A stretch of DNA of 63,610 nucleotides from Candidatus Omnitrophota bacterium (GTDB taxonomy: Bacteria > Omnitrophota > Gorgyraeia > Aquiviventales > Aquiviventaceae): the NCBI GenBank assembly GCA_016190215.1, contig JACPRA010000039.1, forward strand, positions 1-63,610, read 5' to 3'. This document shows, one piece after another, positions 18,085-29,701 of the stretch; the first letter of the stretch is position 1, and every line of letters starts with the position of its first letter. The position numbers were made by a program, and so were the translations under genes. The notes under the pieces are model-generated. The model ran no database searches and was not told the DNA's origin. It saw only the letters and a program-made list of their open reading frames with translations.

Positions 18085-18112
18085 GGAAAACTTTTCCGGC
18101 GCGCGGAAAAAA
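18085..18112. terminator. palindromic hairpin after ribF (ggaaaac ttttccg gcgcg cggaaaa)
   Basis: 7-bp stem TTTTCCG/CGGAAAA with a 5-nt loop and T-rich flanks on both strands; lies 13 nt beyond the ribF stop. Confidence 0.45.
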
Positions 18113-18124
18113 TGTGGCAGGATT

Positions 18125-19054
18125 TCAGAAAAACTTGGCGAGGAGGCGCCCCGCCCGGCGCACATCCCGGGCGATTTGGCGCTGGAGCGCCTGAGCGCTG
18201 GAAAACTTCCGCTCATCCCGCAGGCGCGCGCGCAACAGCACCGCGATGGCGCGGCTGTAGAGGCGGCCGCGAAAACCGATGAGATGCACTTCACACACCG
18301 TCGTGGATGCGGTCCGGAACGTCGGCCGCATGCCGACGTTCATGACCCCCGGCCATCGGCGACGGCCGACCCACACCTCCACGGCATACACGCCGCGCGG
18401 AGGGGCCACGCTGCTCCCCACAGCCAAATTCGCCGTCGGAAACCCCAGCCGCGCGCCGCGCCCGGCGCCGCGCACCACGCGGCCGGTGAGCTCCACCGGG
18501 TGCCCCAAGAGCTGCGCGGCGCGCCGCCAGCGTCCCTGCTGCAGCAGCGCGCGAATGCGCGAGCTGGACACCGCCGCGCCGCCCCGCGTCACCGGCGGCA
18601 CGACGACGACGCGCATGCCGTGCGGACGGCTCAGCTCGCGCAGCATGCGCAAATCGCCGCGCCGGTCGCGGCCGAAGGCAAAGGTATCGCCGACGACGAC
18701 CGCCGCGGCTCGCAGCCGATCGCGCAGCACTTCACGCACAAACGCCTCCGGCGTAATGCGGGAAAACGCGCGCGTAAAGGGCAGCACCCACACCACGTCG
18801 GCGCCCAGCGCCTTGATGAGGTCCAGCCGCCGATCCAGCGACGTCAGCGGGGGCGGCGTGTGCGCGTTGAGCACCTGCTGCGGATCGGGATGAAACGTCA
18901 CCACCACGCTCGTCGCGCGCAGCCGGCGGGCCAATCGCACCGTCGTGCGGATCAGCCGCTGATGGCCCGGATGCACCCCGTCGAACATGCCGATGGTCGC
19001 CACCGCCCGCGGCAGCGGTGCTGCGGCAGGCTTACGCCCGCGCCAGATTTTCAT
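18125..19054 (-). CDS. ribF: bifunctional riboflavin kinase / FMN adenylyltransferase
   Basis: ATIGMFDGVHPGHQRLI, FTRAFSRITPEAFV, PTANL, GVMNVGMRPTF. Start taken at the internal ATG. Confidence 0.9.
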   Translation of the reverse strand: MKIWRGRKPAAAPLPRAVATIGMFDGVHPGHQRLIRTTVRLARRLRATSVVVTFHPDPQQVLNAHTPPPLTSLDRRLDLIKALGADVVWVLPFTRAFSRITPEAFVREVLRDRLRAAAVVVGDTFAFGRDRRGDLRMLRELSRPHGMRVVVVPPVTRGGAAVSSSRIRALLQQGRWRRAAQLLGHPVELTGRVVRGAGRGARLGFPTANLAVGSSVAPPRGVYAVEVWVGRRRWPGVMNVGMRPTFRTASTTVCEVHLIGFRGRLYSRAIAVLLRARLRDERKFSSAQALQRQIARDVRRAGRLLAKFF

Positions 19055-19793
19055 GCGACGGCCCCGTGGGGTCGAACGGTTGCAGCGCCTGCAGGGCATG
19101 GGCCGGATCCGCCCGCAGCCATTCCAGCTCCCGCGCCTGCTCGAGGCGCCAGGGTCCGGCGGACAGCCGCACCAGGCGGGCAAGATGGCCGCGCGTGCCC
19201 AGGCGTTGGGCCAGCGTCTCCGCCAGGGCGCGGATGTACGTGCCGGAGGAGCATTCGATGGTGCAGCGGATGGTGTCGGCGGTGCGCTCGACGAGCGCGG
19301 CCTCGGAAATCTCCACGCGCCGCGTCGGCAGCTCCACGTGCATGCCGCGGCGGGCCCACCAATACAGGGGCCGGCCTCGATGCTTCACGGCGCTGAAGGC
19401 CGGCGGGGCTTGGTCCAGCGAGCCGACGAGCGACTGCAGCGCGCCGCGAACGCGGCCGTCGTCGAGCAGGGGCACCTCGGCGGTGTGGCTTGGCGCGCCC
19501 CAGGCATCGCCGGTTTCAGTGTCGAACCCCAGCCGGATCGTCGCGTCATACCGCTTGCGGTGCGACTGCAACACCTGCTGAAACGCCAAGGCCGTTCCCG
19601 CCAGCACGACCAGCACGCCTTCCGCCATCGGATCCAGCGACCCGGCATGGCCCACCCGCCGCGTCTGCAGCGCGCGGCGGAGGATTTGCACGACGTCGTG
19701 GGACGTCGGGCCCTGCGGCTTATTGACGATGAGCACGCCGGTGGGCGCGAGCGCGGTTTCAGGCATGAGGTGGTCGGTTGTCCTGGTGATCAC
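19032..19793 (-). CDS. truB: tRNA pseudouridine(55) synthase
   Basis: GVLIVNKPQGPTSHDVV, GHAGSLDPMAEGVL, SSGTYIRAL. GTG at 19793 or ATG at 19766. Confidence 0.9.
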   Translation of the reverse strand: MITRTTDHLMPETALAPTGVLIVNKPQGPTSHDVVQILRRALQTRRVGHAGSLDPMAEGVLVVLAGTALAFQQVLQSHRKRYDATIRLGFDTETGDAWGAPSHTAEVPLLDDGRVRGALQSLVGSLDQAPPAFSAVKHRGRPLYWWARRGMHVELPTRRVEISEAALVERTADTIRCTIECSSGTYIRALAETLAQRLGTRGHLARLVRLSAGPWRLEQARELEWLRADPAHALQALQPFDPTGPSHENLARA

Positions 19794-20146
19794 GCCGAGG
19801 CCGGCGGACGCTTCAATTGGTCGAGCTTTTCCGCCATCTCGATGGACTGGGCGATGCTCTCGTCATACCGGAAGACCAGCGTCGGGATGACTTTCAGCCG
19901 AAACCGCTTCTTCAGCAGGCTGTGGATGAACCCCGCGGAGCGATCCAGCGCGGCTTGCGTCCCGGCCCGCTCGGCCTCGCCGCCTAAACAACTGAACCCG
20001 ACCTTCGCATAGCTCAGATCGTTGGACAGCTCCACCTTGGTGACGGTGACAAACCCCAGCGCGGGATGCTTGAGCTCGCGGTGGATGATCATGGCGATCT
20101 CCTGCTGCAACTGGCCGCTCACCCGGTCTTTCCTGATGGAACGCAT
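19790..20146 (-). CDS. rbfA: ribosome-binding factor A
   Basis: RVSGQLQQEIAMIIHRELKHP..GFVTVTKVELSNDLSYAKV. Confidence 0.9.
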   Translation of the reverse strand: MRSIRKDRVSGQLQQEIAMIIHRELKHPALGFVTVTKVELSNDLSYAKVGFSCLGGEAERAGTQAALDRSAGFIHSLLKKRFRLKVIPTLVFRYDESIAQSIEMAEKLDQLKRPPASA

Positions 20147-20172
20147 CCTCTACTCCTTCGACAGGTCAACTG

Positions 20173-20257
20173 CGTCCATGGTCGACAGTCCACAGTCTAC
20201 GGTACCAATCGAAAATGATTGCTCGTACTGTGGACTGTGGTCTATGGACTGTGGACG
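20173..20257. repeat. heptamer-arm hairpin (gtcgaca gtccaca gtctacg / gtactgt ggactgt ggtctat ggactgt)
   Basis: Two 33-nt arms are imperfect reverse complements (about 24 of 33 positions by eye). The AT-rich loop is about 19 nt. Lies upstream of rbfA. Confidence 0.6.
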
Positions 20258-20273
20258 CCTTATCGCCAGAACG

Positions 20274-20296
20274 CCCCCCAACCTCCACCCTTCACC
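20274..20296. repeat. C-rich heptamer-like array (cccccca acctcca cccttca cc), direct partner of 21054-21082
   Basis: Shares c(c/t)acccttcacc with the 21054-21082 array in the same orientation; the two flank the nucleotidyltransferase gene. Confidence 0.45.
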
Positions 20297-20331
20297 GAGA
20301 GCGCCATAGAGTTCTAGTGCTAGGCGCTCTC
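20297..20331. repeat. 9-bp inverted repeat gagagcgcc / ggcgctctc around the stop codon of the upstream gene
   Basis: Perfect 9-bp arms and a 17-nt loop that contains the TAG at 20320-20322. Confidence 0.5.
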
Positions 20332-21033
20332 AACCCACCGGCCCAGGCACGCCAGGCATGCCGCCGGATCCGGCTCCTCGAGCATGCGCCGCAGCTCCTT
20401 GCGCGCGCGCCCGAGATTGAGGCGGTCGAGCACGCCGGCGCGGACCGCGGAGCGCAGCTCCCGCGCCGTGCCCGCGTCCAACCGGCCGCGAAACCGCGGC
20501 AGAAAACGGGCCGCCCGAAGAATCCGGCTGGGATCGTCGATGAAGCTGCGCGCATGCAGAATGCGCAGCCGCCGCGCGCGCAAATCCTTCGTTCCGCCGA
20601 AGGGATCCACCAGCCGCCCGAACGCCCCGGGCGACAAGGCCATCGCCATGGCGTTGATGGTGAAATCCCGCCGCCGCAGATCGTCTTCCAGCGTGCCGGC
20701 CGTCACCTTCGGATAGGCGGCCGGCTCGCGATACGTTTCTTTGCGGCAGGTGGCGAAATCCACGCGCTGCAGGAGGGCCGGCGCGTCCCAACTCAGGGTG
20801 GCGGTGCCGAACTGCTCATGCGCGCTGACGGCGGCGTTCCATAGGGCCGCCATCTGCCGCGCAAACGCCACCGCGTCGCCCTCGATGACGAGGTCCACGT
20901 CGGGCGTGTCCGAGCGGCGCAGCAGCCAGTCGCGCACGCAGCCGCCCACCGCGTGGGCGCGCAACCCCTGCGCGTGCGCCAGACGCCCGACCTCCTGCAG
21001 CCAAGGCCGAAGCGCCGGTGGAACGCGCAACAT
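20320..21033 (-). CDS. tRNA nucleotidyltransferase / poly(A) polymerase family protein, short form (head/neck motifs only)
   Basis: GGCVRDWLL..DVDLVIEGD, RRRDFTINAMA, DPFGG..DL, FIDDPSRILRAARF. About 237 aa, much shorter than typical CCA-adding enzymes. Confidence 0.7.
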   Translation of the reverse strand: MLRVPPALRPWLQEVGRLAHAQGLRAHAVGGCVRDWLLRRSDTPDVDLVIEGDAVAFARQMAALWNAAVSAHEQFGTATLSWDAPALLQRVDFATCRKETYREPAAYPKVTAGTLEDDLRRRDFTINAMAMALSPGAFGRLVDPFGGTKDLRARRLRILHARSFIDDPSRILRAARFLPRFRGRLDAGTARELRSAVRAGVLDRLNLGRARKELRRMLEEPDPAACLACLGRWVESA

Positions 21034-21053
21034 ACGCTCACGCGTTGTTGTTG

Positions 21054-21082
21054 CCTTCACCCCTCACCCCCTACCCTTCACC
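21054..21082. repeat. C-rich heptamer array (ccttcac ccctcac cccctac ccttcac c)
   Basis: Four tandem 7-nt units read directly; fills the xerD-to-nucleotidyltransferase junction. Confidence 0.6.
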
Positions 21083-21087
21083 TGTAT

Positions 21088-22021
21088 TTACGGCCTCGGG
21101 TGAAACTGCTCATGCACGCTTTTCAGCCGGGTCGAGTCCACGTGAGTATACCGCTGCGTGGTGGCGATGTTCGCGTGCCCGAGCAGCTCCTGCACCGTGC
21201 GCAGGTCCGCGCCGTGCGCCAGCAGGTGCGTGGCGAACGAATGCCGCAGGGTGTGCGGGCTGACCCGCTTGGCCGGATGGCTCGCGCTCGCGTAGCGGCG
21301 CACGAGCTGCCAGATCCGCTGGCGGGTCATGCCCTGCCCGCGGCGGTTCACGAACAGCGCCGTCGTCTGGGGGGCTCGCGACACCAGCGCCGGGCGCACC
21401 GTCTGGAGGTAGCTTTCCAGCGCCGCCTTGGCCAGCTTGCCCACCGGCACGATCCGTTCCTTGCTGCCCTTCCCGAAGCAGCGCAGGAAGCCGGCATCCA
21501 GGTTCACGCTGGCCACGTCCAAACCGGCCGCTTCCGAGACCCGAAGCCCGGCCCCGTAGAGCAGCTCCAGCAGCGCCATATCCCGCACGGCCAGCGCCGC
21601 CGCCGACCGCCGCCGGCGCGGCGAGGCGGCAGGCTTCTCCGCGCCGACACGCTGCGGCTCCGCCAGCAGAGCGGGGATCTCAGACTCGTTCAACACCGTC
21701 GGAAGCCGCCGCCACAGGCGCGGCGTTTCAATGAACCCGGCGGGATTCTGCGACAGCGCGCCTTGCGCCATCAGAAACTTGAACCAGCTCTTTAAACACG
21801 AGAGCTTCCGCGCCGCCGTCGCCGGGGTCAAGGCTTTGCGCGAGGGTTGGTCCGCCCGCAGCCATTGCAAAAAATCCCGGATCAGGCGCGGCGTTACGCG
21901 CGAGGCCGCCCCCACGCGCCGCGCGCGGCAGAAGGCCTCAAACAGCTTTAAGTCCTGCGCATAGCTGGAGACGGTCGTCGGGCTCATGCCCCGCTCCAGC
22001 TTCAACGCCAGCAGGAAGGAA

Positions 22022-22038
<17 letters not shown>
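21088..22038 (-). CDS. xerD: site-specific tyrosine recombinase XerC/XerD family
   Basis: SPTTVSSYAQDLKLFEAF, ELLYGAGLRVSE, HTLRHSFATHLL..GADLRTVQELLGHANIATTQRYTHV. Confidence 0.85.
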
Positions 22039-24656
<2,618 letters not shown>

Positions 24657-24932
24657 TTAATAGCGGATGTCAAAATCTTTAAACAACTCGACGGGGGGGC
24701 CCCAGACGATCTCGACATCCTTGATGAAATTGGCCATCGGCCCGGTGCGGAGCGCTTGGAGGAGCTGCTCCACGGCCGGCTCTTCGCCTTGCGCGACCAG
24801 CTCCACCCGCCCGTCCCGAAGATTTTTGACCCAGCCGACGACCCCCACGCTGTGGGCCGTTTCATCGGCCGTCATCCGGAACCCCACCCCCTGCACTCGG
24901 CCGCTGTAATACACATGGACCTGCCGCTTCAT
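24657..24932 (-). CDS. acyP: acylphosphatase
   Basis: VYYSGRVQGVGFRMT...GWVKNLRDGRVELVAQGE; about 91 aa from the internal ATG. Confidence 0.85.
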   Translation of the reverse strand: MKRQVHVYYSGRVQGVGFRMTADETAHSVGVVGWVKNLRDGRVELVAQGEEPAVEQLLQALRTGPMANFIKDVEIVWGPPVELFKDFDIRY

Positions 24933-25000
24933 CGAAACCGTCTCATGGGACAATTATTGTAGCAGCCCTGGGCAAAAACGGCTATGCTCGGGTACGGCCC

Positions 25001-26596
25001 ATGTCCCACTCACCTCGCGGCCTGCTCCCCTCGTGGCCACGGCTGCTTCCCTGGCTGATCGTCCTCACCGGCCTGGCCGCCTATGCCGGCAGCCTATCGG
25101 GGCCGTTTCTTCACGACGACATCCTCTCGATCGTGGATAACCCCGGCATCCGCCGCCTCCGGCCGATCGGGGCGGTCCTCGCCGTCCCGCCCGGGATCGA
25201 GCCGCTGCTCCACCGTCCGATCCTCACGCTCTCCTTCGCGCTGAACTATGCCGTCGGCGGACTGCAAGTGTTCGGCTACCACGCGGTCAATCTCGCCATC
25301 CACCTCCTGGCCGGTCTGGTCCTCTACGGGCTGCTCCGGCGCACGCTCCTGCTGCCCCGCCTCCGGGCGCGCGTCGGACACGCGGCGTCCGGCCTGGCCG
25401 CCGCCGCCGCGCTCATCTGGGTGGCGCATCCGCTGCTGACGGAGAGCGTCACTTATATCATCCAGCGGGCCGAATCGCTGATGGGCCTCTGGTACCTGCT
25501 GACCCTCTATTGCCTGGCGCGCAGCGCGGACGCGCCTCACCCGCGCCGCTGGATGCTAGCCGCCGTGGCTTGTTGCGCGCTGGGCATGGGCACCAAGCAA
25601 ACGATGGTCACCGCCCCGGTGGCGGCCTGGCTGTATGACGCCATCTTCCTCCGCCAGGCTGACGGGCGGCGGCGATGGCTCTTGCATGCCGGGCTCATGG
25701 CTACCTGGCTGGTGCTCGCCGTCCTGGTGTTGGGCGGGCCCCGCATCGAATCAGCCGGGCCCGGGCCGGCTTACCTGAGTCCGTGGACCTATGGGACGAC
25801 ACAGCTGGGGGTGATCGCCCATTACCTGCGTCTCGCCGTGTGGCCGCAGGGGCTGGCGTTTGATTACGAGGATTGGCCCGTCTCGCGCAGCGTGGCCGAT
25901 GTGTGGCCGCAGGCCATGCTCGTCGGCGCCTGGCTCATCGCAACCGTGATTGCGCTGCGCCGGTGCCCGGAGCTGGGCTTCCTGGGCGCCTGGTTTCTGC
26001 TGGTACTGGCCCCGACCTCAAGCGTGTGGCCGCTCTTCACGGAAATCGCGGCGGAGCGGCGGATGTACCTGCCGCTGATCGCGGTGGTCGTGCTGGTCAC
26101 GCTGGGGGGATGGCTGGGGCTTCAGCGCCTGCTGCCTGGCGCAGGCCGGGACCGGGTGCGGGCGCGCGTCGGCATCGGCCTGGCCGCCGCGCTGATCGGC
26201 GCGCTGGCCTTCGCCACCACCCAGCGCAACCGGGATTACCACAACGAAGTCGCCATGTGGCAGGACGTGGCCGCCAAGCGGCCCTGGAATGTCCGGGCCC
26301 GCTATAATCTGGCCCTCGCCCTGGATAAAGAAGGCCGGAGTACTGAGGCCATTCCTTACTATCTCCAAGTGCTCCGCCGCAACCCCGCTCACTCAGGCAG
26401 CTACAACAACTTGGGCGTTGATCTGGCGCTCCAGGGCCAATGGATGGACGCGGCGGGGTATTTTTCCCGAGCCCTTGAGCTGGATGGGAACAATGTAGAA
26501 GCGCGCAACAACTTGGCGGCGGTGTGGGTTCAACTGGGCCGGCCGGAGGATGCCGCCCGCCATCTCGAGGCCGCCGGCAGCGTCAGGCGTCAATGA
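25001..26596 (+). CDS. TMTC/PMT-like multi-pass membrane protein with C-terminal TPR repeats (putative protein O-glycosyltransferase)
   Basis: GPFLHDDILSIVDNPGIR N-terminal motif, about 10 TM helices, C-terminal TPR-like YNLALAL..EAIPYY and YNNLGVDL.. repeats. The only plus-strand gene. Confidence 0.65.
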   Translation: MSHSPRGLLPSWPRLLPWLIVLTGLAAYAGSLSGPFLHDDILSIVDNPGIRRLRPIGAVLAVPPGIEPLLHRPILTLSFALNYAVGGLQVFGYHAVNLAIHLLAGLVLYGLLRRTLLLPRLRARVGHAASGLAAAAALIWVAHPLLTESVTYIIQRAESLMGLWYLLTLYCLARSADAPHPRRWMLAAVACCALGMGTKQTMVTAPVAAWLYDAIFLRQADGRRRWLLHAGLMATWLVLAVLVLGGPRIESAGPGPAYLSPWTYGTTQLGVIAHYLRLAVWPQGLAFDYEDWPVSRSVADVWPQAMLVGAWLIATVIALRRCPELGFLGAWFLLVLAPTSSVWPLFTEIAAERRMYLPLIAVVVLVTLGGWLGLQRLLPGAGRDRVRARVGIGLAAALIGALAFATTQRNRDYHNEVAMWQDVAAKRPWNVRARYNLALALDKEGRSTEAIPYYLQVLRRNPAHSGSYNNLGVDLALQGQWMDAAGYFSRALELDGNNVEARNNLAAVWVQLGRPEDAARHLEAAGSVRRQ

Positions 26597-28599
26597 GCCG
26601 GCGCGGGGGCCGCTGAGGCGGAGCGGGAGAGCGATTCGGCAAAAACCCGGCTTGAGAGCACCATGCTGTGAAGCCCGGCGAATTGCAGGCGGTGTTGAAG
26701 CTGATAGGCGGTTTCGTTGTGCAAGAGGGACTGGTACCAGCGCTCCTGCTGGAAGATGAGTTTGTTGGCGAAGAACATCGCTTTGGGAAACTCCCGGCTG
26801 ATGGCCAAGCAGAGCGTCTCGGCCTCGTCGAGCACCTCGATCCCCACGCTCATGCGGTAATCGGCCGCCAGCCCTAATCCCCGGCCGAGCGTGACATACC
26901 GCTGCAGCTCGCGGTCCGTGCGCTCCCGGACGTGATCCACCTCTTCCACGCCTTTCATCGCGGCCGCATCAATCGCCCCAATGGACACAAAGATGAAGTT
27001 CTTGAAATGCCCGGGAAAGAGCTGCTGGATCGTCAGCAATCCGTGGATGCCCAGCCCATCGTAGCGATTCACCAACAGCACCGCCGTCGGCATGGCGCGG
27101 CGGATCGGCACCAGCTTGTCCGGCGCCGGCATGACCGCCCCGTGGATGGTTTCCTCCAGTTGCTTCAAGCTGTCTTTCACGCGCTCATAATGGCCGCGAA
27201 TCCAAAAGCACAGGCCGACGAGGAGTGAGGTGATGATCAGGGTCACCCAGGCTCCCTCGCGGAATTTCTCGATGACGACCACCGTCAGGATCGTCGAGCA
27301 GAGGCCCAGCCCGATGAGATGGATCGGCAGCGAGCGTTTCCATTCCGGCAGCTTCTTGCGCTTCCGGATCCAGAAGCGGGACATGCCGAGTTCCGTGAGC
27401 GAGAACGTTAGGAAGACATTGATGGAATACATCGTGACCAGCGCGGTGATGTTGCCGCGGGTATACCACAAGGTCGCCAAAGCGGCTGATCCGATCAACA
27501 GCACCCCATTTTGGCTAGTCAGCCGGTTGGACAACTGGGCGAACCGGTGCGGCAGCCAGGAGTCCAGCGCCATGTTGGACATGACACGCGGGCCGTCAAT
27601 GAATCCGGCCTGCGCGGCAACGAAGAGCAGCCCGGCTTCCGCCGCCAGCGTCAACACCACGAAGGCGTGGCCCACCGGCAAGCCCCACACGCTCCATTCG
27701 CCCGCGAAGCGCTGCAGGAGCACGGCGTTCATCGTCTTCCCCGGCTCCGGACTGGCGTGGAACAGCAGGTAGCACAGCATGATCCCCCCGGCGGTCAACG
27801 CCAAGGAGATCGCCATGTACAGCATCGTGCGCTTCCCCGTCTCCACCTTGGGCTCGCGCATGATCTGCAACCCGTTGGAGACGGCTTCGATCCCGGTGTA
27901 GGTGCCGCCGCCCATTGCGTAGGCCCGCATGAAGAGAGCGAGCATGCCTCCCAGCCCCAAGGTGGCGAGCCCCGCGTGAAAGTTCTGGCGCACTTCCATC
28001 GCCACCTGAGGCACGGCACCCAGATGGGAGCCGATGCCCCCGAAGATAAGCACCGCGTGCGTCACGATGAAGAGGGCGAAGATGGGCGTGAGGACCGCCA
28101 CTGATTCCCGGACCCCGCGCAAGTTCAGCAGCACCATCAGCCCGATCACCACAGCCTCGGCCAGGAGCTTATACCGCGCGGCCTCGGGCGGGAGCACGCT
28201 GAACACTTGGTCCGCCCCGCCGGCGATGGAGACGGAGATGGTCAAGACGTAGTCCACGAGCAGCGCGGCGCCGGAGACGACCCCGAACTTCGGCCCCAGC
28301 AGGCGGCTGGCGACGATGTACCCGCCGCCTCCGTAGGGAAAGTGCTCGATGATGCGGCTGTAGGCGAAGGAGATGATGAAGACCGTGAGGGCGATGGCCA
28401 GCGTAAACGGCACGGCCAAATACGTATGCTCGCCCAGCGCCCGGAAGGCTTCATCAGGGCCATAGGCGGACGAGGAGAGCCCGTCCGCGCCCAGCCCGAC
28501 CCAGGCCAGCAGCGCCACCAGAGAGATGTTGTGGTAGGTCCGCGGGTCAAAAATGTTGCGCGGCGCTCCCAAGAGCAACCGCTTCAGCCGTGTGAGCAT
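26590..28599 (-). CDS. kimA: KimA-type K+/H+ symporter (APC superfamily) with cytoplasmic C-terminal domain
   Basis: LKRLLLGAP, GADGLSSSAYGPDEA, FPYGGGGYIVASRLLG, ALLVDYVLTISVSIAGGAD, LNLRGVRES, TGIEAVSNG and a C-terminal QERWYQSLLHNETAYQL all parallel B. subtilis KimA as I recall it. Start at ATG 28599. Confidence 0.8.
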   Translation of the reverse strand: MLTRLKRLLLGAPRNIFDPRTYHNISLVALLAWVGLGADGLSSSAYGPDEAFRALGEHTYLAVPFTLAIALTVFIISFAYSRIIEHFPYGGGGYIVASRLLGPKFGVVSGAALLVDYVLTISVSIAGGADQVFSVLPPEAARYKLLAEAVVIGLMVLLNLRGVRESVAVLTPIFALFIVTHAVLIFGGIGSHLGAVPQVAMEVRQNFHAGLATLGLGGMLALFMRAYAMGGGTYTGIEAVSNGLQIMREPKVETGKRTMLYMAISLALTAGGIMLCYLLFHASPEPGKTMNAVLLQRFAGEWSVWGLPVGHAFVVLTLAAEAGLLFVAAQAGFIDGPRVMSNMALDSWLPHRFAQLSNRLTSQNGVLLIGSAALATLWYTRGNITALVTMYSINVFLTFSLTELGMSRFWIRKRKKLPEWKRSLPIHLIGLGLCSTILTVVVIEKFREGAWVTLIITSLLVGLCFWIRGHYERVKDSLKQLEETIHGAVMPAPDKLVPIRRAMPTAVLLVNRYDGLGIHGLLTIQQLFPGHFKNFIFVSIGAIDAAAMKGVEEVDHVRERTDRELQRYVTLGRGLGLAADYRMSVGIEVLDEAETLCLAISREFPKAMFFANKLIFQQERWYQSLLHNETAYQLQHRLQFAGLHSMVLSSRVFAESLSRSASAAPAPAH

Positions 28600-28619
28600 C
28601 GCGCCACCCAAGGCTCCCA

Positions 28620-28815
28620 AGAGTGCGCCCCAGCATCTCGCGTGGCCGCGCTGGGCCGCAAATCGGCCCAGCCCTTCGGGGTGCGGCGGCAGCCGGTCAT
28701 CTCCGTCGTCTCTTCTCCTCAACGTACTCCAGGGAGTACGCCTTCGTCGTCGTTCCTCGGAGCTGACCAGCTGGCGCTCGCACCGCGGCTCGCCCGAGAT
28801 GCTGGGACGCACTCT
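28620..28815 (-). promoter_or_regulatory. 196-nt structured 5' leader of kimA closed by a 21-bp helix (candidate riboswitch)
   Basis: 28795-28815 pairs with 28620-28640 (20 Watson-Crick pairs plus 1 G-U). Internal hairpins include cgtact/agtacg and ctgggcc/ggcccag. Confidence 0.4.
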
Positions 28816-28849
28816 AAGAAAAAATCGCCGCACCAGAAGCACGGCGATT
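28816..28849 (-). terminator. intrinsic terminator-like hairpin (aatcgccg-11 nt-cggcgatt followed by TTTTTCTT)
   Basis: Read on the minus strand downstream of the tonB-like gene, immediately upstream of the kimA leader helix. Confidence 0.55.
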
Positions 28850-28914
28850 GACCGACTGCAACAATTGTCTACTGCAATAGCGTGTAAATCAGTCTAGCAG
28901 AACAGCGCTCCGTG

Positions 28915-29679
28915 TCAACTTGACCCGGTGGCCATGAACTCGATGGGCAGCAGCAGCGTTAGGCTGGACTCCTCGAACGAGGGTGGAAACGGCGGAAACG
29001 GGGTGGAGGTCGTCACCAGCCGCACCGCGGTGTCGCACAGCGACGCGGGGGCTTGCGAACGGCCCTGCAGCCAGGACACGGCGTGGACCTGCCCCGCCCG
29101 GTCAACCGCAAACTCCACGTAGACGACCCCGCCCCCCTTGGCGGCAGTCGTTTCCCAGTGCTGAACATCCGCGGTGCGCTGAACCCGCTCCCGGATGGCG
29201 CTGAAATAGGCAAAGCGCACCGGATCGCCTTGCGCGGCTGCGGTAAGATTTGTCAGATCGATCGCCGCCGACCCGGCGCCGCTGGAGAGCGCCGGCGCGG
29301 ACCAGGACGCTCCTGAGCCGCCCACGGCCACGCGCGAGAGATCCCCGGTGGCCGCCCCGCCCCCCGCGGCCAGGGACCCCGGCCCTCCGGCAAACGCGCC
29401 GGCTGCGGGACCCAGGGCCGGCGCCGGCAGTTGGCCCAACCGTTCCGTGGATCGCGACGGCTCCGGCCGCCATTGCATCCGGTCGGTCGAAGGGGCTTGC
29501 GGTTGGTAGACCAATTTGGCGGACGTGACGGGCTCCGGCAGCATCTCTGAGAGCGCGCCGTGGCGGGACGTCGCCACCAGCGCGCCCAGGATCAGCGCAT
29601 GCCCGATCAGGGAGGCGATCACCGCGCGGAACAGCAGGCGGTCGGCGGAAGGCGCCATCGGGTGCACGATCGGTCCCAT
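28915..29679 (-). CDS. TonB-like energy transducer (C-terminal TonB_C-like domain)
   Basis: N-terminal TM helix LIGHALILGALVA, low-complexity Ala/Gly/Pro middle, C-terminal GGVVYVEFAVDRAGQV...PFPPFP; follows exbB-exbD. Confidence 0.65.
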   Translation of the reverse strand: MGPIVHPMAPSADRLLFRAVIASLIGHALILGALVATSRHGALSEMLPEPVTSAKLVYQPQAPSTDRMQWRPEPSRSTERLGQLPAPALGPAAGAFAGGPGSLAAGGGAATGDLSRVAVGGSGASWSAPALSSGAGSAAIDLTNLTAAAQGDPVRFAYFSAIRERVQRTADVQHWETTAAKGGGVVYVEFAVDRAGQVHAVSWLQGRSQAPASLCDTAVRLVTTSTPFPPFPPSFEESSLTLLLPIEFMATGSS

Positions 29680-29701
29680 CCGGGGGTTGGAGAGGCGCGC
29701 G

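Noticed and set aside
24933-25000. Divergent promoter pair between acyP and the TPR membrane protein gene
   Set aside because: The only -35/-10-like hexamers I found (TTGTAG ... TATGCT) are separated by about 20 nt, which is too far for a confident call.
28600-28842. N-terminal 81-aa extension of the kimA ORF offered by the ORF track
   Set aside because: It would read through a terminator-like hairpin and both strands of a 21-bp helix. It is Arg/Gly-rich with no transporter similarity. The KimA-like alignment begins at MLTRLKRLLLG (ATG 28599).
28816-28849. Treating the hairpin plus U-tract as the expression platform of the putative kimA riboswitch
   Set aside because: It lies upstream (5') of the large structured domain rather than after it. 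It is more simply read as the terminator of the exbB-exbD-tonB-like operon, and I could not place the kimA promoter with confidence.
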